From Octopus bimaculoides (lineage: Eukaryota), in contig NC_069001.1 of the NCBI RefSeq assembly GCF_001194135.2, positions 35,487,318-35,551,317 on the forward strand: a stretch of 64,000 nucleotides of DNA. Direction: 5' to 3'. The notes beneath the pieces were generated by a model, which was not told the origin of the DNA, ran no database searches, and worked only from the letters and a program-made list of their open reading frames with translations. Position 1 is the first letter of the stretch. Each line of letters starts with the position of its first letter. Below are positions 12,151-25,163 of this stretch, one piece after another. Made by a program: the position numbers and the translations under genes.

Positions 12151-12841
12151 CATCCAACCGCAGAAACCAAGCGAAAACAGACTGGAGCCTGATGCAGCTC
12201 CCCAGCCTGCCAGTTCCTGTCAAACCATCCAATCCATGCCAGCATCATCATCATCATCATCATCGTCATCATCATCTAAGTGGTACCTTTTACTACAGCT
12301 TCAAGCCGCCCAAAACTTTGTGAGTGAATTTGGTAGAGGGGAAACTAAAATAAGCCCATCACACGTGTGAATGTATGTGTGTGTGTGTGTGTGTGTGTGT
12401 ATAAGTTGGATGATGTCNNNNNNNNNNTCATCATCTGAATAAACACTTATTTCCACACTTGTAATTGAGCATTTAACCTTAAAATGAGGTTCTACTTTTT
12501 TGAAGGGGTACAGTACACACACACACACACACACACACATATGTATTATAATAATAGTGATATTGGTATTAAATTAAAATAAGGAATGGTACAATAAAGA
12601 ACAGAAGAACATTCTGTGGTAGGGGCAAAAAAAAAACAAAATAAAGATGAAAAAAATTATAAAGAAGAAGATGATGATGATGATGATGATGTTGATGTTG
12701 GTAATAAGGGTGGTGAAAGATTGGAATATTAAATATATACAAAACACTGCAAAAAATTATAATCAAATAATAATAATAATAATAACGATGATGATGACAA
12801 CAACGAGAACGATAAGGATTGTGGTGATGGTGATGATAGCA

Positions 12842-12880
<39 letters not shown>

Positions 12881-13362
12881 CAGTAACAAAAGACAAAAGA
12901 ACTAAACGATGTTCAGCTAATTGACAACAAAGTAAGAAATTTAAACCCCTGCTTTTGGTAAAAAAAAATGAAATTGTGTTGGGAACGTAGAATGTCGAAT
13001 CAAAGAGGATTTTTCTAAAGGCTCTAATTTAAAACACCTTATTATGTACTTTGGTGGGGTGATTGGGACTGATTTGAAACTTTGAAGGAAGGTTTCCACC
13101 TTCACCACCGCACCACCACCACCACCAACGCCACCACCACTCTTTTGTTTTGTTTCATTTGTAATTTATCTGTTTGTGTGTATTTCTTTATTGTATTTTT
13201 TTTTCTATTTTAAAACATGAGTCAGTGAGATGAAATATTGAACATGGAAACTAGCTAAAAAGTGAATATCTGTTGTCTATTAGTTGCTTGTTCTTGGTGA
13301 GTGAAGTGGTAGGTATGGGTGGGCGAAGGGCACTGTACTTTACAAGTTATTTTAAATATATA

Positions 13363-13530
13363 GGCACAGGAGTGACTATGTGGTAAGAAGCTTGCTTCTC
13401 AACCACAACGTGGTTCCAAGTTCAGTCCCACTGCATGGTAATTTGGGCGAGTGTCTTCTACTAGAATCTCAGGCTGACCAAAGCCTTGTGAGTGGATTTG
13501 GTAGACAGAAACTGAAAGAAACCCATCGTA
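13363..13530 (+). mobile_element. SINE family A, 5' part
   Basis: GGCACAGGAGTGACTATGTGGTAAGAAGCTTGCTTC...GGATTTGGTAGACAGAAACTGAAAGAAACCC. Confidence 0.85.
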
Positions 13531-13583
<53 letters not shown>

Positions 13584-14100
13584 TATATATATTATATGCG
13601 CACATGCATACATATACATACATACACACATATACATATACATACATATATATAAATACGCACATATATATCTCCCTTATACCAAATAATCCCTGATTAC
13701 CTTCCCCTGTCTGGAATTCCATATTTCACAACATAGCAAAGAGATGACACAATACAGGTAAAGAAATTTGAGAAATTTGAAAAGAAGATACGAAACCGAC
13801 TCACTAGACTCTGCAGAGCAGTTGGTGTTAGGAAGGGCATCCAACTGTAGACACCATTCCAAAGACAGCACTGAAGCTCAATGCAGCCTTGTAGCTCACT
13901 AGTTCCCTGATCACCATGCTCTTAGACTCTTTGGGCTTAAACTTCATGCCAGCCCATGTTGCCATGTCTTCAAGTGAAGTCAGCACCCTTTCTGCCTCCA
14001 TATGGTGATATCATCCATGAAGCCCCTTACTGGGTGTTAATATATATTATATACATATATGGTGCCACAGCCTTAAGGCAGAAACATATAGAAGAATAAA

Positions 14101-14132
<32 letters not shown>

Positions 14133-14137
<5 letters not shown>

Positions 14138-14421
14138 CACTCCATCGGTTATGACGATAATTGTTCCAGTTGATGCAAGTGGCTGAGTACTCCACAGACA
14201 TGTGTACCCTTAACGTAGTTCTCAGGGAGATTCGGCATGATACAGAAAGTGACAAGACTGGCTTCTTTGAAATACAGATACAACCCATTTTTTTTTTTCC
14301 AGTTGAGTTTACTGAAGGATTGTGAAATAAAGTGTCTTGCTCAAGGATACAATGCACCACTGGGAATCGAACTCAACACCTCACAATCATGAGCTAAATA
14401 TGCTAACCACTAAGCCATGCA
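14133..14421 (-). mobile_element. SINE family B, near full length
   Basis: CAAGTGGCTGAGTACTCCACAGACATGTGTACCCTTAACGTAG...GTCTTGCTCAAGG...GGAATCGAACTC...CTAACCACTAAGCC. Confidence 0.85.
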
Positions 14422-14489
14422 TTTTTACATTATACATGTATATATATGGTTCAAAATTGTCCAAAAAAACAAAAGACAGAGGCAGGTAA

Positions 14490-14640
14490 GGGAGCAACAA
14501 ACAAGTGAGATCAGTTTGACGCTCAGGGGAAAAGGAAAAAGTTTTTGATGTTTCAAACCTATGCTCTTCTACAAAAAGGAATGAGGAGAGAAAAAAACAG
14601 ATGGGGAGAAGAAAAAATGGAGAGAAATAAAACGTGTCTA
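14490..14640 (-). mobile_element. Penelope-like terminus with a decayed hammerhead motif (about 14541-14580)
   Basis: Diverged homologue of 22196-22395. The minus strand reads TTTTGTAGA-A-GAG-CATAGG-TTT-GAAAC-ATC-AAAAA. Confidence 0.55.
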
Positions 14641-15549
14641 TTCTATCCAATGTATTGAGTTCAGTACTGGATAATGCTTCCACTATGTAAAATATATTAT
14701 TGATATAGTCTACGTCTGTTAACTTATCCTATATATGTGTGTGTATATGTATGTATGTTTATATCACTTATCTTTACAACACAGAATATTATATAAGTAA
14801 ATATTATAACACTCAGAATTGGTAACTGTTGCTTTCAATGAAAAAGAAAAATATTTTTTCTTTTACAAAAAAACGTTCACGTGCATAGAATTTCAATAAT
14901 TATTGACATTTCCTTACTATAGTTCAAATTATCAGCTTAAAATCTCAAAATTTTCTTCACGGAATAATTTTGGTTTTGCACTATGTGTTTGTGTTTGTGT
15001 GTGTGTGTGAGATTAACACAACAAAAGAATTTTTTGTTCTGTTTTTCTGCTTCTTTCTTGTCCTGTTTTTGGTTTTTCACCTCTTTTAGTTTTTCCGCAA
15101 GGAAAGAATATTCCGCGCTAGTAACAGACAAGAATAGAATACCAAATTCAAAATTTTATGACGCAAGCCTTTATTAATCAATAATGGCTCCTTGTCTTGG
15201 AGCAACACCAGCAAATGAAGGCTTTTAGAAAATCTCTTGTAAATGTTTGGAAAATGAGAACAAGAACTCTTTTCTTTTTTTTTTAGTTTGAATTTTGCTT
15301 TGTTGTTGCTTTTTGTTATATTTTGTTTTTTATAATTTTGTCTTTTTATTTTTTGTTTTTTTTTTTTGTTTTTTGTTCTTGCTCATGTGCTCTTCCTTCT
15401 TCTCTCGCAAATTTACGTTTTGTCTTTGTTTTATGGTGGGGGTGGGGTTAATTATATTTAATTTGATTTAATTTTATTTAAACAAAAAAATTGACAGAAG
15501 CAGAACTGTATGAAATTTATCTTTCGACGGGAATTATGTGCTTATGCAC

Positions 15550-15593
<44 letters not shown>

Positions 15594-15599
15594 GCAGAC

Positions 15600-15632
<33 letters not shown>

Positions 15633-15781
15633 TAGATAGATAATATATGTTCATGTGTGTGTGTATGGGTGTGTGCGTGAGTAAACAGAGCTCAGCAATT
15701 ATGTTGCCAAGAAAAAGAAAGAAATAAACAAGAGAACATCATGTATATGTGTGTGTGTGTGTGTGTGTATGTATCTGTGGT

Positions 15782-15816
<35 letters not shown>

Positions 15817-15825
15817 ATCTGTGGT

Positions 15826-15856
<31 letters not shown>

Positions 15857-16470
15857 TTGTATGTGTCCCTCACCCACCCCACAGCCTTCGTTTCACAAAA
15901 GAGCCCCCCAAAAAATAATGTCATTACACATTTGAAAATGTCTCGACATTCAAATCTTGAAATCAACTTTAATCATTGCTTATTTTCTTAAAATTCCAAA
16001 GCTTATATTACATGTAATTCCAACGATTTTTACTCAACCAAACCGTTAGACAATGCACCGTTTTCCAAGAGAACTGGGCCATTCTTACAGGTTCTTTACC
16101 ACCCAACAACACTATTATTATTTTTATTATTATCATTTGTATTTTTCACTATTATTTTCATGTATCCCATTGTAGCAAAGGTTTAACTTATCACTAAATT
16201 ATGCTGTCTATCAAACCCCGCTCCTTGTCTCCCATTTGCTGTTTTCCTATTGTCATGTTTTGGGGAGGCTTTTTTTTATTTTCGTTTATCTCTCAAAAAA
16301 GTGCTATTATTGCAAAATACAGTGTGTTTCATAATAATGGAACATATTTAAGTACAAGTACTTCGCCTTGAAACAAGTACATCTAAGAAAAAGATTGCAT
16401 AAATGGAGATGCAGTTTTTTGTCAATGAATAGGTCGCAACTTGGAGTGACAAAAATGTTGATGCCATATA

Positions 16471-16620
16471 AGTGCAGGCATGGCTGTGTGGTTAGTAGCT
16501 TGCTTCCCAACCACATGGTCCTGGGTTCAGTTCAACTGTGTAGCACGTTGGACAAGTGTCTTCTACTATGATGTCAGGGTGACCAAAGTCCTGTGAATGG
16601 ATTTGGTAGATGGAAACTAC
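16471..16620 (+). mobile_element. SINE family A, 5' part
   Basis: GCAGGCATGGCTGTGTGGTT...CTTCCCAACCACATGG...GGATTTGGTAGATGGAAAC. Confidence 0.85.
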
Positions 16621-17159
16621 CATCTGGATTTTGGTAGATGTGTTTGTATGTATATGCTTATATGTGTGTGTTTATTGCATGTAGGTATACTCTTCTGCAT
16701 CAGTAATGCAATCGTATTTAAATCCCTCCTCATCACATTTCAGTGACTAAGTTTGCACACACACACACACACCTACACACACACACCTACACACACACAC
16801 ACCTACACATGCACACGCACATACATGCATCTGCTTTGAGTAATTCTTGTCATCCCCTGATATCAGTCGTGGCTATTCTCGCTTTACTCCTCTCTCACTC
16901 TCTTTTCCTCTTTCTCTTTTTCTCTCTTTCTCTCTTTCTCTTTCCTTCTCTCTATCTCTTTCTTTCTTTCTCTCTCCATTGCTTGCTCTCAGTCTCTCTC
17001 CCTCTCCCTCTCTCATTCTCCCTGTCAAAAACTGAAGCAGTGAATAATAAGAAGAAGAAAACGAAGAAGAAGAAAACGAAGAAGAAGAAGAAGAAAACGA
17101 AGAAGAAAAAACGAAGAAGAAAACGAAGAAAAAAACGAAGAAGAAGAAGAAGAAAAAAA

Positions 17160-17191
<32 letters not shown>

Positions 17192-17288
17192 ACAACAACC
17201 ACCACCATCACCATCATCATCATCGTGCCAAGGAATTCTATTGTTTTCTGTTTTTGACATTTTCTTAATGCAATTCTTGCAACTCAAG

Positions 17289-17410
17289 GATTTATTATAT
17301 TCTGTCCTGAAGGAGAGATTGAGAAAGTCAGGAGTTTCTTGAAACGATTCAAGCGGAATCTTCGTGAACAGCAAATTGAATTGATGACAGGGCTTTCGGA
17401 TGGCCGACTG
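17289..17410 (+). CDS. candidate coding exon, unknown protein
   Basis: A T-rich tract and CAAG acceptor, then an open frame (x)FIIFCPEGEIEKVRSFLKRFKRNLREQQIELMTGLSDGRL, then a GTATGG donor. Non-repetitive and CpG-containing. No homology recognised. Confidence 0.35.
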
Positions 17411-17685
17411 GTATGGTAGAAATAGCAGCCAAATCCCTTTATATGATGCCTCAGCTTTCTTGAAAAGAATGGAAGGTACTATTGGGTGGTACCTTGTAGG
17501 AGACGAATCTGATTGGTTAATCAGTCTTTTAGAAATAGCAGCCGAAACACCCTTAGATCGTATCTCAACTGTCTATCATAGGTGGGAAAATATCAATGGA
17601 TGGTACCACGAAACTATGAGAAAATCTTTTCCTTGTTATTCACTGTATTAGAAATAGCAGCTAAAACTCCCTCAAATCATGCGTC

Positions 17686-17729
17686 TTTGATGATGACAAT
17701 GATGATGATAACGATGATGACAATGATGA

Positions 17730-17760
<31 letters not shown>

Positions 17761-17991
17761 GATGATGATGATGATGACAATGATGATGACAATGATGATG
17801 ACGATGATGACGATGATGATGATGATGATGATGATGACAATGATGATGATGATGATGATGATGACGACAATGATGATAACGATGATGACAATGATGATGA
17901 CGATGATGACGATGATGATGATGATGACGATGATGATGATGATGACGATGATGATGATGACGATGATGATGATGACGATGATGATGATGAC

Positions 17992-18022
<31 letters not shown>

Positions 18023-18103
18023 GTGGTGGTGGCGATGATGATGATGGTGGTGGTGGCGATGATGATGATGATGGTGATGATGATGATGATGATGATGATG
18101 TTG
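17686..18103. repeat. long imperfect (GAT)n microsatellite
   Basis: About 415 bp of GAT with GAC/AAT/AAC/GGT variants. Confidence 0.95.
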
Positions 18104-19284
18104 ACTGTGTGTCAGAAACGTAATAGTTATGAATTAGTGCCATTGTCTTACTAGCAGTTTCTTCTGTTTCCAGTCTTCAGGGTAAACATGTTCAGCCATG
18201 GGGAAATATTACCTTCCTTGGAAACAAGTGGGGGATGACGATTGGAATGGCATCTGGGCTACAGAGAATATGCTTCAATGAATTCTGTCAAATTCATGCA
18301 AGCATAGAAAAGTGGAGATTAAAACAATGATGATGATGCGATATGAATGGATGAACGAATGAATAAATGAATGAATGAACGAACAAATGAATGAAAGAAT
18401 GAGCGATGATAGTCTCTTGTAGTCTGAGAAGAATGGTTCTGCAGTTTTTTGTTGAACATCCTGCAACAGATGATTTGCTATGCTTTAACTCACTCCCCTC
18501 CATCAAATAAACATTACCTGAACATGGCCACGGTGTACCACATGTGAGGTGTCGCACTGATCACAGAACAGCACGAGAGGGAGAGTTTTGCTCAAAGACA
18601 CAACATACCACCCAGTCTGGAAATTGAACTCACAACCTCATGGTCCTGAATCCTGCTCTCTAACCACTCGGCTATGCGCCACCATGGTAATGAAATATAA
18701 TCAGAGAAAAAGTGCTGTTTTAAAAAGATCTCATCTGGTTGAGAAATTAATTTTTTCAAATCATTAATGTCCATTTTTCTCTTAGTTTTTCTAGGTGTTT
18801 TTTTTTGGTGGGGGGGGGTTTCTATCTTTTCTGTAATTCCATTCAGTCGAGAGGGTTTTACAGTTTCAAATTGATTAATCGTTTTTTATTATGAATATGT
18901 CAAATTTTTTTTAACACAAGAGTTTTGTTTATTTTTCACCATTTCTCTTTAATTCTATATCTTTTTTTAAATTTCTACCAAATGAAATAAATACTTGCCA
19001 TTAAAATTCTTTATGTCGCAGACTATAGTCTTCCATTTAGTTTCCCCACCAAAATAAAAAAAAAAAACCTTCCATTTCTGCATAGCAATCAAATCTTCCG
19101 GCGGATGGTAAAAAAAAAATGCAAAACTACTTTTAATTCATCTTGCATAAATTATCCAGCATTCCATTAAGTAGAAAGGTGGAAGACATCTATTTTTATG
19201 GATTTCTTTATTTATTTAATCATTTATTTATTTATTCATTTATTTATGCTGCATTTTAGTTTTTATTTAATGAGTTTTATTCAC

Positions 19285-19505
19285 GAGGGTTCAGTCTCAC
19301 TGTGTGGCACCTTGAGCAAGTGTCTTTTACTATAGCCCCAGGTCAGTCAAAGCCTTGTGAGTTAATTTCGTTGATGAAAACTGAAAGAAGCCTATCATAT
19401 ATATTTCTATGTGTATATATATGTGTGTATGTGCATATCATCATCATTGTTTAATGTCTGCTTTCCATGCTGGCATGGGTTGGATGGTTTCAATGAGGAC
19501 TGGCG
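19285..19505. mobile_element. family A fragment (+) followed by a family D tail (-)
   Basis: GGTTCAGTCTCACTGTGTGGCACCTTGAGCAAGTG at 19288, then TTTCCATGCTGGCATGGGTTGGATGG at about 19462. Confidence 0.75.
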
Positions 19506-19749
19506 AGAGGAAAATATGGACTTTAAAAAAACATTATGATGCTGTAGTCCTTGGTACATTATGTCAACAAAAAAAAAAAAGAAAAGAAAAAATACAGTAT
19601 GTTCAGTTGCTGAAACATCATTGATTCTAGGTCGACTTGATTGGGGCTGACATGGGTTAAATAACAACAGCAACTGCTGTGGCAAGAAACAGAAATTGAA
19701 GGATCAGCTCCCTATTTAGAATATAGGGGAGAGCTAAAGAAACTGGCCT

Positions 19750-20076
19750 TCTGTTAGTTATGATGCTGAGGGTTCCAGTTGATCTGATCAATGGAACAGC
19801 CTACTCAATTTATTAGCAGGCAAGTGGCTGAGTACTCCACAGACACATGTACCCTTAATGTAGTTTGTAGTTTGCAGTTTGCAGGGAGATTTGGCATGAC
19901 ACAGAATGTGACAAGGCTGACCCTTTAAAATACAGGTACTTCTCATGTTTGCCAGCTGGGCAGACTGGTGCAATGTGAAATGAAGTGTCTTGCTCAAGGT
20001 CACAGCACACCACCAGGAATTGAACTCAGGACCTTATGATCATGAGCTGAATTTTCTAACCAACCAGTCATGCACC
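19750..20076 (-). mobile_element. SINE family B, full length
   Basis: Collinear reverse complement of 31742-32053 and 50508-50839. Confidence 0.85.
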
Positions 20077-21115
20077 TTCGCTCAGAATATAGGCAAAAGC
20101 TAAATGGTACAACTGAATGTATGGATTTTGTAGATGTGGTGATGGGGGAAAATCAAAATAACTGAATAATTTCTAAATTACTTATGTATTTGTGTGTTTA
20201 TTTATCTATCTATTTAATTAATTAATTCATCATTTTAGTTATATAACAAATTTTATTTATGAGAGAGAAAGAGATATAACAAGTGAGAGAGAGAGAGAGA
20301 AAGCCAGGCATAATCTCTACCTCAAAGTAACTTATACCAAACCTTCCACAAGTCTTAGTCAAACATCCATCTCATTAGGTGATCCTCTATGCATTAACAA
20401 ACAGCTTTCAGCCTATTGCAAAACTTGCAGCAGTCAAGAAATTATTCAAGAAAAAACATACTGGAAAGTAATTTTCCCCACAGCAAACTACAATTACTTA
20501 CTTTCTGTCTTTGATTCTATTTTCTTTTCTTTTTTTCTTTTCCTAATTACTTAAGGTTCTATTCTCCGAAGCTACTCCTTCAAAACGTACTTTATTTGCC
20601 TGGTTCTTGTCATTCTAATGATGATTGATGTGAATGAGTCGTAACAAATATCTCCAGATTTTCGTGTTGGTTTTCACCAATTCCTTAATTTCTTCGGAAG
20701 ATGTTTTTCTTTGCAATGTAAATATAATCTCGTCTCCTTTTTCTTTTTATATTTATTTTATTCTGTTTTTTTTTTCTTTATTTTTAAATCTGATTTGTCA
20801 ACAAGTCGAGGAGGAATGGATAATGCTTGTAGACAATTTTTAGATCATCTGGATGGATTTAGGCGATAGGGATCACCTAACATAACTAATGGGATTTATA
20901 GCACTTATTTATTTTGAATCATTGAAGCTATATGGCAGATTGAAAACAGGAAGAATATATATGTTTGTGTGTATGTTTATATATGTACTTGCATAGCAAG
21001 CGACCTGATCTGAGATCGTGTGCTGGAACGAAAACAATTGCAGTGTGGAAGGTGTTTATAAGCGATTTAAGAAACACACAAAAACCGTTAGATTCATTTC
21101 AACATTTAAATTTAA

Positions 21116-21166
21116 TTTGCCGAAATATTTTCGTTGCTTTGAGACCGCAACCTGTTCACTGACAAA
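21116..21166 (-). ncRNA. type-I hammerhead-like motif, G3-C8 core (left arm)
   Basis: Minus strand: TTTGTCA-GTGAACA-G-GTTGC/GGTCTCAAA/GCAAC-GAA-AATATT-T-CGGCAAA. Confidence 0.55.
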
Positions 21167-21188
21167 ATTCCGTGCTGCATCATGGAAT

Positions 21189-21239
21189 TTTGTCAGTGAA
21201 CAGGTCGCAGTCTCAAAGCGACGAAAATATTTTGGCAAA
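21189..21239 (+). ncRNA. type-I hammerhead-like motif, G3-C8 core (right arm)
   Basis: Stem I TTTGTCA/TGGCAAA; core GTGAACA plus an extra G; stem II GTCGC/GCGAC; GAA; palindromic stem III AATATT; UUU triplet. Confidence 0.6.
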
Positions 21240-22051
21240 TTAAATTTAAATGTTGAAGTGAATCTAATGGTTTTTGTGTGTTTCTTAAATGGCTTATAAA
21301 CACCTTCCAGGCTGCAGTTGTTTTATATATAGATATATACACAAACAAAAAAAACACACAACACAGACACACACATACACATACACACAGTCATACACAC
21401 ACCCATATATATGTATGTGTATGTAATGTATATAGGGGAGATTGTGAGTAAGAAAGGATTTTCATGGATGTAATTGTGTAAAAAATAAGCAGAAAAAATA
21501 AAAGATATAAACCATTTCTGTGCCTGGTCCTTTTATCCAGATTTGAGTAACCACTGTTAATCTTGTTGAGTTGGTTACCAATGCAAAACTCCAATGATTC
21601 AACAGAAAAAATTCGAAGCCATTATTAGCCTAAAATATCCTTTGTTTTTGTTTGTTTTTATTCATTAGACTTTACCCTCACCTGATTAATGACAATTTAA
21701 ATATGACTAAATGACAGAAATTGTAAAGATTTATGATGAAAACCTGAGCAATATGCTTATGGATTGTGTATTCTACAGGATGTCAAAGACATAAATAGCT
21801 TCCAGATCATATAAACATATATACTCACTATCACACACACACACACACAGATATATATACATATATGCACACACACACACACGCTGTGTGTGTGTGTCTG
21901 TGTTATTCCTTCAACCCAATTCAGTCACATGGCTGATGTTTACCCCAAGTTATTGTAGAAGACACTGACCCAAGGTGTCATATGGTGAAACCACATTGTT
22001 TGGAAGCAAACGTTATAACCACACAGCCAAGTTAATGCTTATGTATATGTC

Positions 22052-22192
22052 CATCATCATCATCATCACTTAGCACCTGTTGTCGATGCTGGCATGGGTT
22101 GGACGGCTTGACCAGGGCTGGTAAGCTGGAAGGCTACACCAGATTCCTGTCTGATTTGGCATAGTCTCTACTGCTGGATGCTCTCCTAACAC
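22052..22192 (-). mobile_element. SINE family D 3' part
   Basis: (CAT)n followed by GCTGGCATGGGTTGGACGG...GCTGGATGCTCTCCTAACACCA. Confidence 0.8.
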
Positions 22193-22195
22193 CAT

Positions 22196-22395
22196 ATATA
22201 TATATGGGAGAATATACGAAAAAACAACAACAGACGAGGACAGGTGGTGCAAATAACAAAAGGATGTATTAGTATGACGCTCGGGAATACGGAAAGTCTT
22301 TGACGTTTCGAGCTACGCTCTTCAACAGAAAGAATACGGAGACAAGGAGAAAAACACGGAGAAAAAAAATTGAATAGTGTCCAGTCAACGGTCAT
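22196..22395 (-). mobile_element. Penelope-like terminus (pseudo-LTR fragment)
   Basis: TA-flanked and CpG-rich. Contains GACGTTTCGAG and the hammerhead motif at 22297-22333. A homologue lies at 14490-14640. Confidence 0.7.
22297..22333 (-). ncRNA. minimal dimer-type hammerhead motif, A6U variant
   Basis: Minus strand: TCTTT-CTGTTGA-A-GAG/CGTAG/CTC-GAA-ACGT-C-AAAGA. Stem III is a loopless ACGU palindrome and the triplet is GUC. Confidence 0.7.
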
Positions 22396-23097
22396 TTGTA
22401 TATATATGTATATGTATGCATTTGTTTATATTTGCTTATATATGCATGTGCATATATTTTTTATGCCTATGTAGTTGTGTGTAGATATATATATATAAAC
22501 ATATATATATATTTACCCTTGTTTATTATATTTATGCCACTGTGTGTGTGTGTGCATGTGTGTGAAAGAGGAAAGAAGGAAGTGAAAGAGAAGAGATGTA
22601 TTATGCAGTTGATATCTTGTTGGATCTTGTCACATGATATCTGTAACACCCAACATATTATATGTATACCATTATTTTGGTATTATCTATTGTATCTTTG
22701 AAATTCCTTTTCCAGTACACACACACACACACACACATAGATATCTGCATATATACATACAGACACACTCACACACACATACATATATACACATACATAC
22801 ACACGTGTGTGTATTTCGTTTTTGTGATGAAAATCTCACTTGACTTTCTTTTACTTTTACAGCAATTGTAAATAACTCATAAAGGGCCTGTTTTCTTCCC
22901 CACCCCCTATCCCGGCCCCAGCCATCATTCATTCTTCTAAATTCACTGCATCAAGATAAAAAAAAAATATCAGGGCTGTTTTGGGTAAACACTATTTACA
23001 TGCATCACAAATTCTAAATAATTATTTTTATTGAAGTCAGCAAAATAAATAGATAACTAAATAAATAATAATAATAATGATGATGATGATGAAGATG

Positions 23098-23320
23098 ATT
23101 TCATTTATTTGCCACAAGGGTGAAGCATGAGGGGGACAATACAGAGACAGACATGAAGTGTGGGGGTTTACGTATAATAATGAAATAAGTAAAAACACGG
23201 TATACACTGTAAAAGAAGGGACTTATGCATAGCATACAAAGGTTTGCCACAAGGGCAGCTCCAACCAGCTGAATTTTTAGAATACCTTTTTGACCAATCC
23301 GCATTCTCTTAAACATCACT
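23098..23320 (-). mobile_element. putative LINE 3' end with (CAT/TAT)n tail; second copy at 31460-31530
   Basis: GATTTCATTTATTTGCCACAAG...GACAATACAGAGACAGACAT is shared with 31458-31515, and both abut AAT/GAT repeats. Confidence 0.55.
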
Positions 23321-23677
23321 ATATATATATATATATAGTAAAAAAAGGTTTCAGATAGAATCAGGTACTTGTAAAGCTATGCACCAGGCAGGGTTGGATA
23401 AACTTGTGGTTCTGGCCTATAGTTGATAAGTATCAAATGGAATATTCCGGTTGTGTACACAGAGAAAACCAGCTCAATGAGTATTTAAAGCCTAGGGGTT
23501 GGCCCATAACTGGCCTCAACAAATTTCAGCCACGTCCCTGCTGTATTCTTTGGACATTCGTTTATTTGTAAAATTACATTTCATCCGATGATTATGGTTT
23601 TTGGTAATGGAGTAAATCTCTTAAAAAGATGTGTTAGAAACAGCTGTTATGAGCTGACAATTATATATGTATATGTA

Positions 23678-23845
23678 ACAGGCTTCCACACAGTTTCTGC
23701 CTTTCCTAAATTCACTGACAAAGCTTTGGTCATTTCAGGACTTTGTTAGAAGACACTTATTCAAGTCACTGAACATTGGGATTGAACCCAGACACCACAT
23801 GATATCAAAGCAAGCCTCTTCACCTCACCACTATGCTTGTGCCTC
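23678..23845 (-). mobile_element. SINE family A, old diverged copy
   Basis: CAAAGCTTTGGTC...AGAAGACACTT...GGGATTGAACCCAG. Confidence 0.7.
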
Positions 23846-24383
23846 TCTGTCTTTCTTTCTTCTTTATTTTTTTTACATTTGTTTCTTGTTTTGCTTTTTT
23901 AATTCAATATGAAAGTCCCTCTTTGTGTTTATAACTTGTCCTCCATGTATTTGCCCTTGTGGCAGACGAAGATCTGATGATTATCATCATCATCATCACC
24001 CCGCTTCTTCATCGCCATCATCATCGTCGTCGTCGTCATCGTTGTTATGTAGAACCAACATCTCTAATACGGCAGTAAATAAAGAAATAGATAGACGGAC
24101 ATTTTTTGGGCTAATATTGTGAGATAAAATGATGTAATAGATATTGTAAGTGGAGATAACTTGAGATAACAACAGCAAGATACGGCCTGCTCTTGTATAT
24201 CCAGCTCTCTACGAAATACATACACTCATATACAAACATGTATCCGTCTACGTGCGTGTGTGCATGTGATATATATGTATATATGTTTGTGTGCACATGT
24301 GTGTATATAAACATATATACATATTTATATATAGGTGTATGTTTGTGTGGTATTTGTATACACACACACACACATATATGTAG

Positions 24384-24415
<32 letters not shown>

Positions 24416-25037
24416 TCATATATACTCATAGATATAGATGCCCATATGCTTGCGTATGGTGTATATATTTGTATGTATACACGCATATATATAGTCTGAG
24501 CGTGTGTTACAGAAGCAATTGCTCATCTGAATATCTTGCCATAATATGAAGTCCTGTAACATAGGATTACCCCCCCCCCGAGTGTGTACATATGCATGCA
24601 TGTACATGTGTGTGAGCATATGTTTATACATACACATCCACACACACTTACATATTTATATATAGACATAACTGCATGTTTGCATATACATACACATACA
24701 CCCATATGTGTTTGTATAGATGTATCTTCACATTTAAATACCCACACAGATCTACATTCCTGCTGTAAAATAGCACTTTTGAATCTTAATATAATTTCAG
24801 TAATTCAACTCCGAAAGTTAAAAAGGAAACAGAAGCATATTTCTTCAGACAAGACAATCCACAGACTCTTCTCTTTTGCTGATGGAGTTACTCTTGTTCC
24901 AGAATGGTACTCTCTCTCTCTCTCTCTCTCTTTCTCTCAAACAGGCTTAGTGGTAGGGAATATTCACTTCACAATCATAAGGTCATGTGTTCAATTCCTG
25001 GCAGTGCACTGTGTTCTTGAGCAAGACACCAAGACCA

Positions 25038-25111
25038 GTTGTCAAATGGTGGTGGTCATGGTGGTGGTGGTGGTCGTCGTCATGGTGAAGGTTAACAAAC
25101 ACAGACAGAAA

Positions 25112-25163
<52 letters not shown>

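Larger units (their letters stand above)
21031..21324. mobile_element. 294-bp near-perfect palindrome (inverted Penelope-like termini)
   Basis: Arms 21031-21174 and 21181-21324 are reverse complements with a few substitutions and a 6-nt loop. TA-rich sequence flanks both sides. Confidence 0.9.

Noticed and set aside
17418-17670. Three AGAAATAGCAGC repeats spaced about 115 bp apart (superficially CRISPR-like)
   Set aside because: The DNA is eukaryotic, the repeat is only 12 nt, and the motif is a dispersed repeat also seen inverted at about 33985, 36856, 37462 and 43936.
17666-18123. Asp/Asn-rich open frame resembling acidic shell-matrix proteins
   Set aside because: It has no ATG or convincing splice sites in that frame, and the same GAT/GAC/AAT pattern occurs in the other short (GAT)n tracts here.
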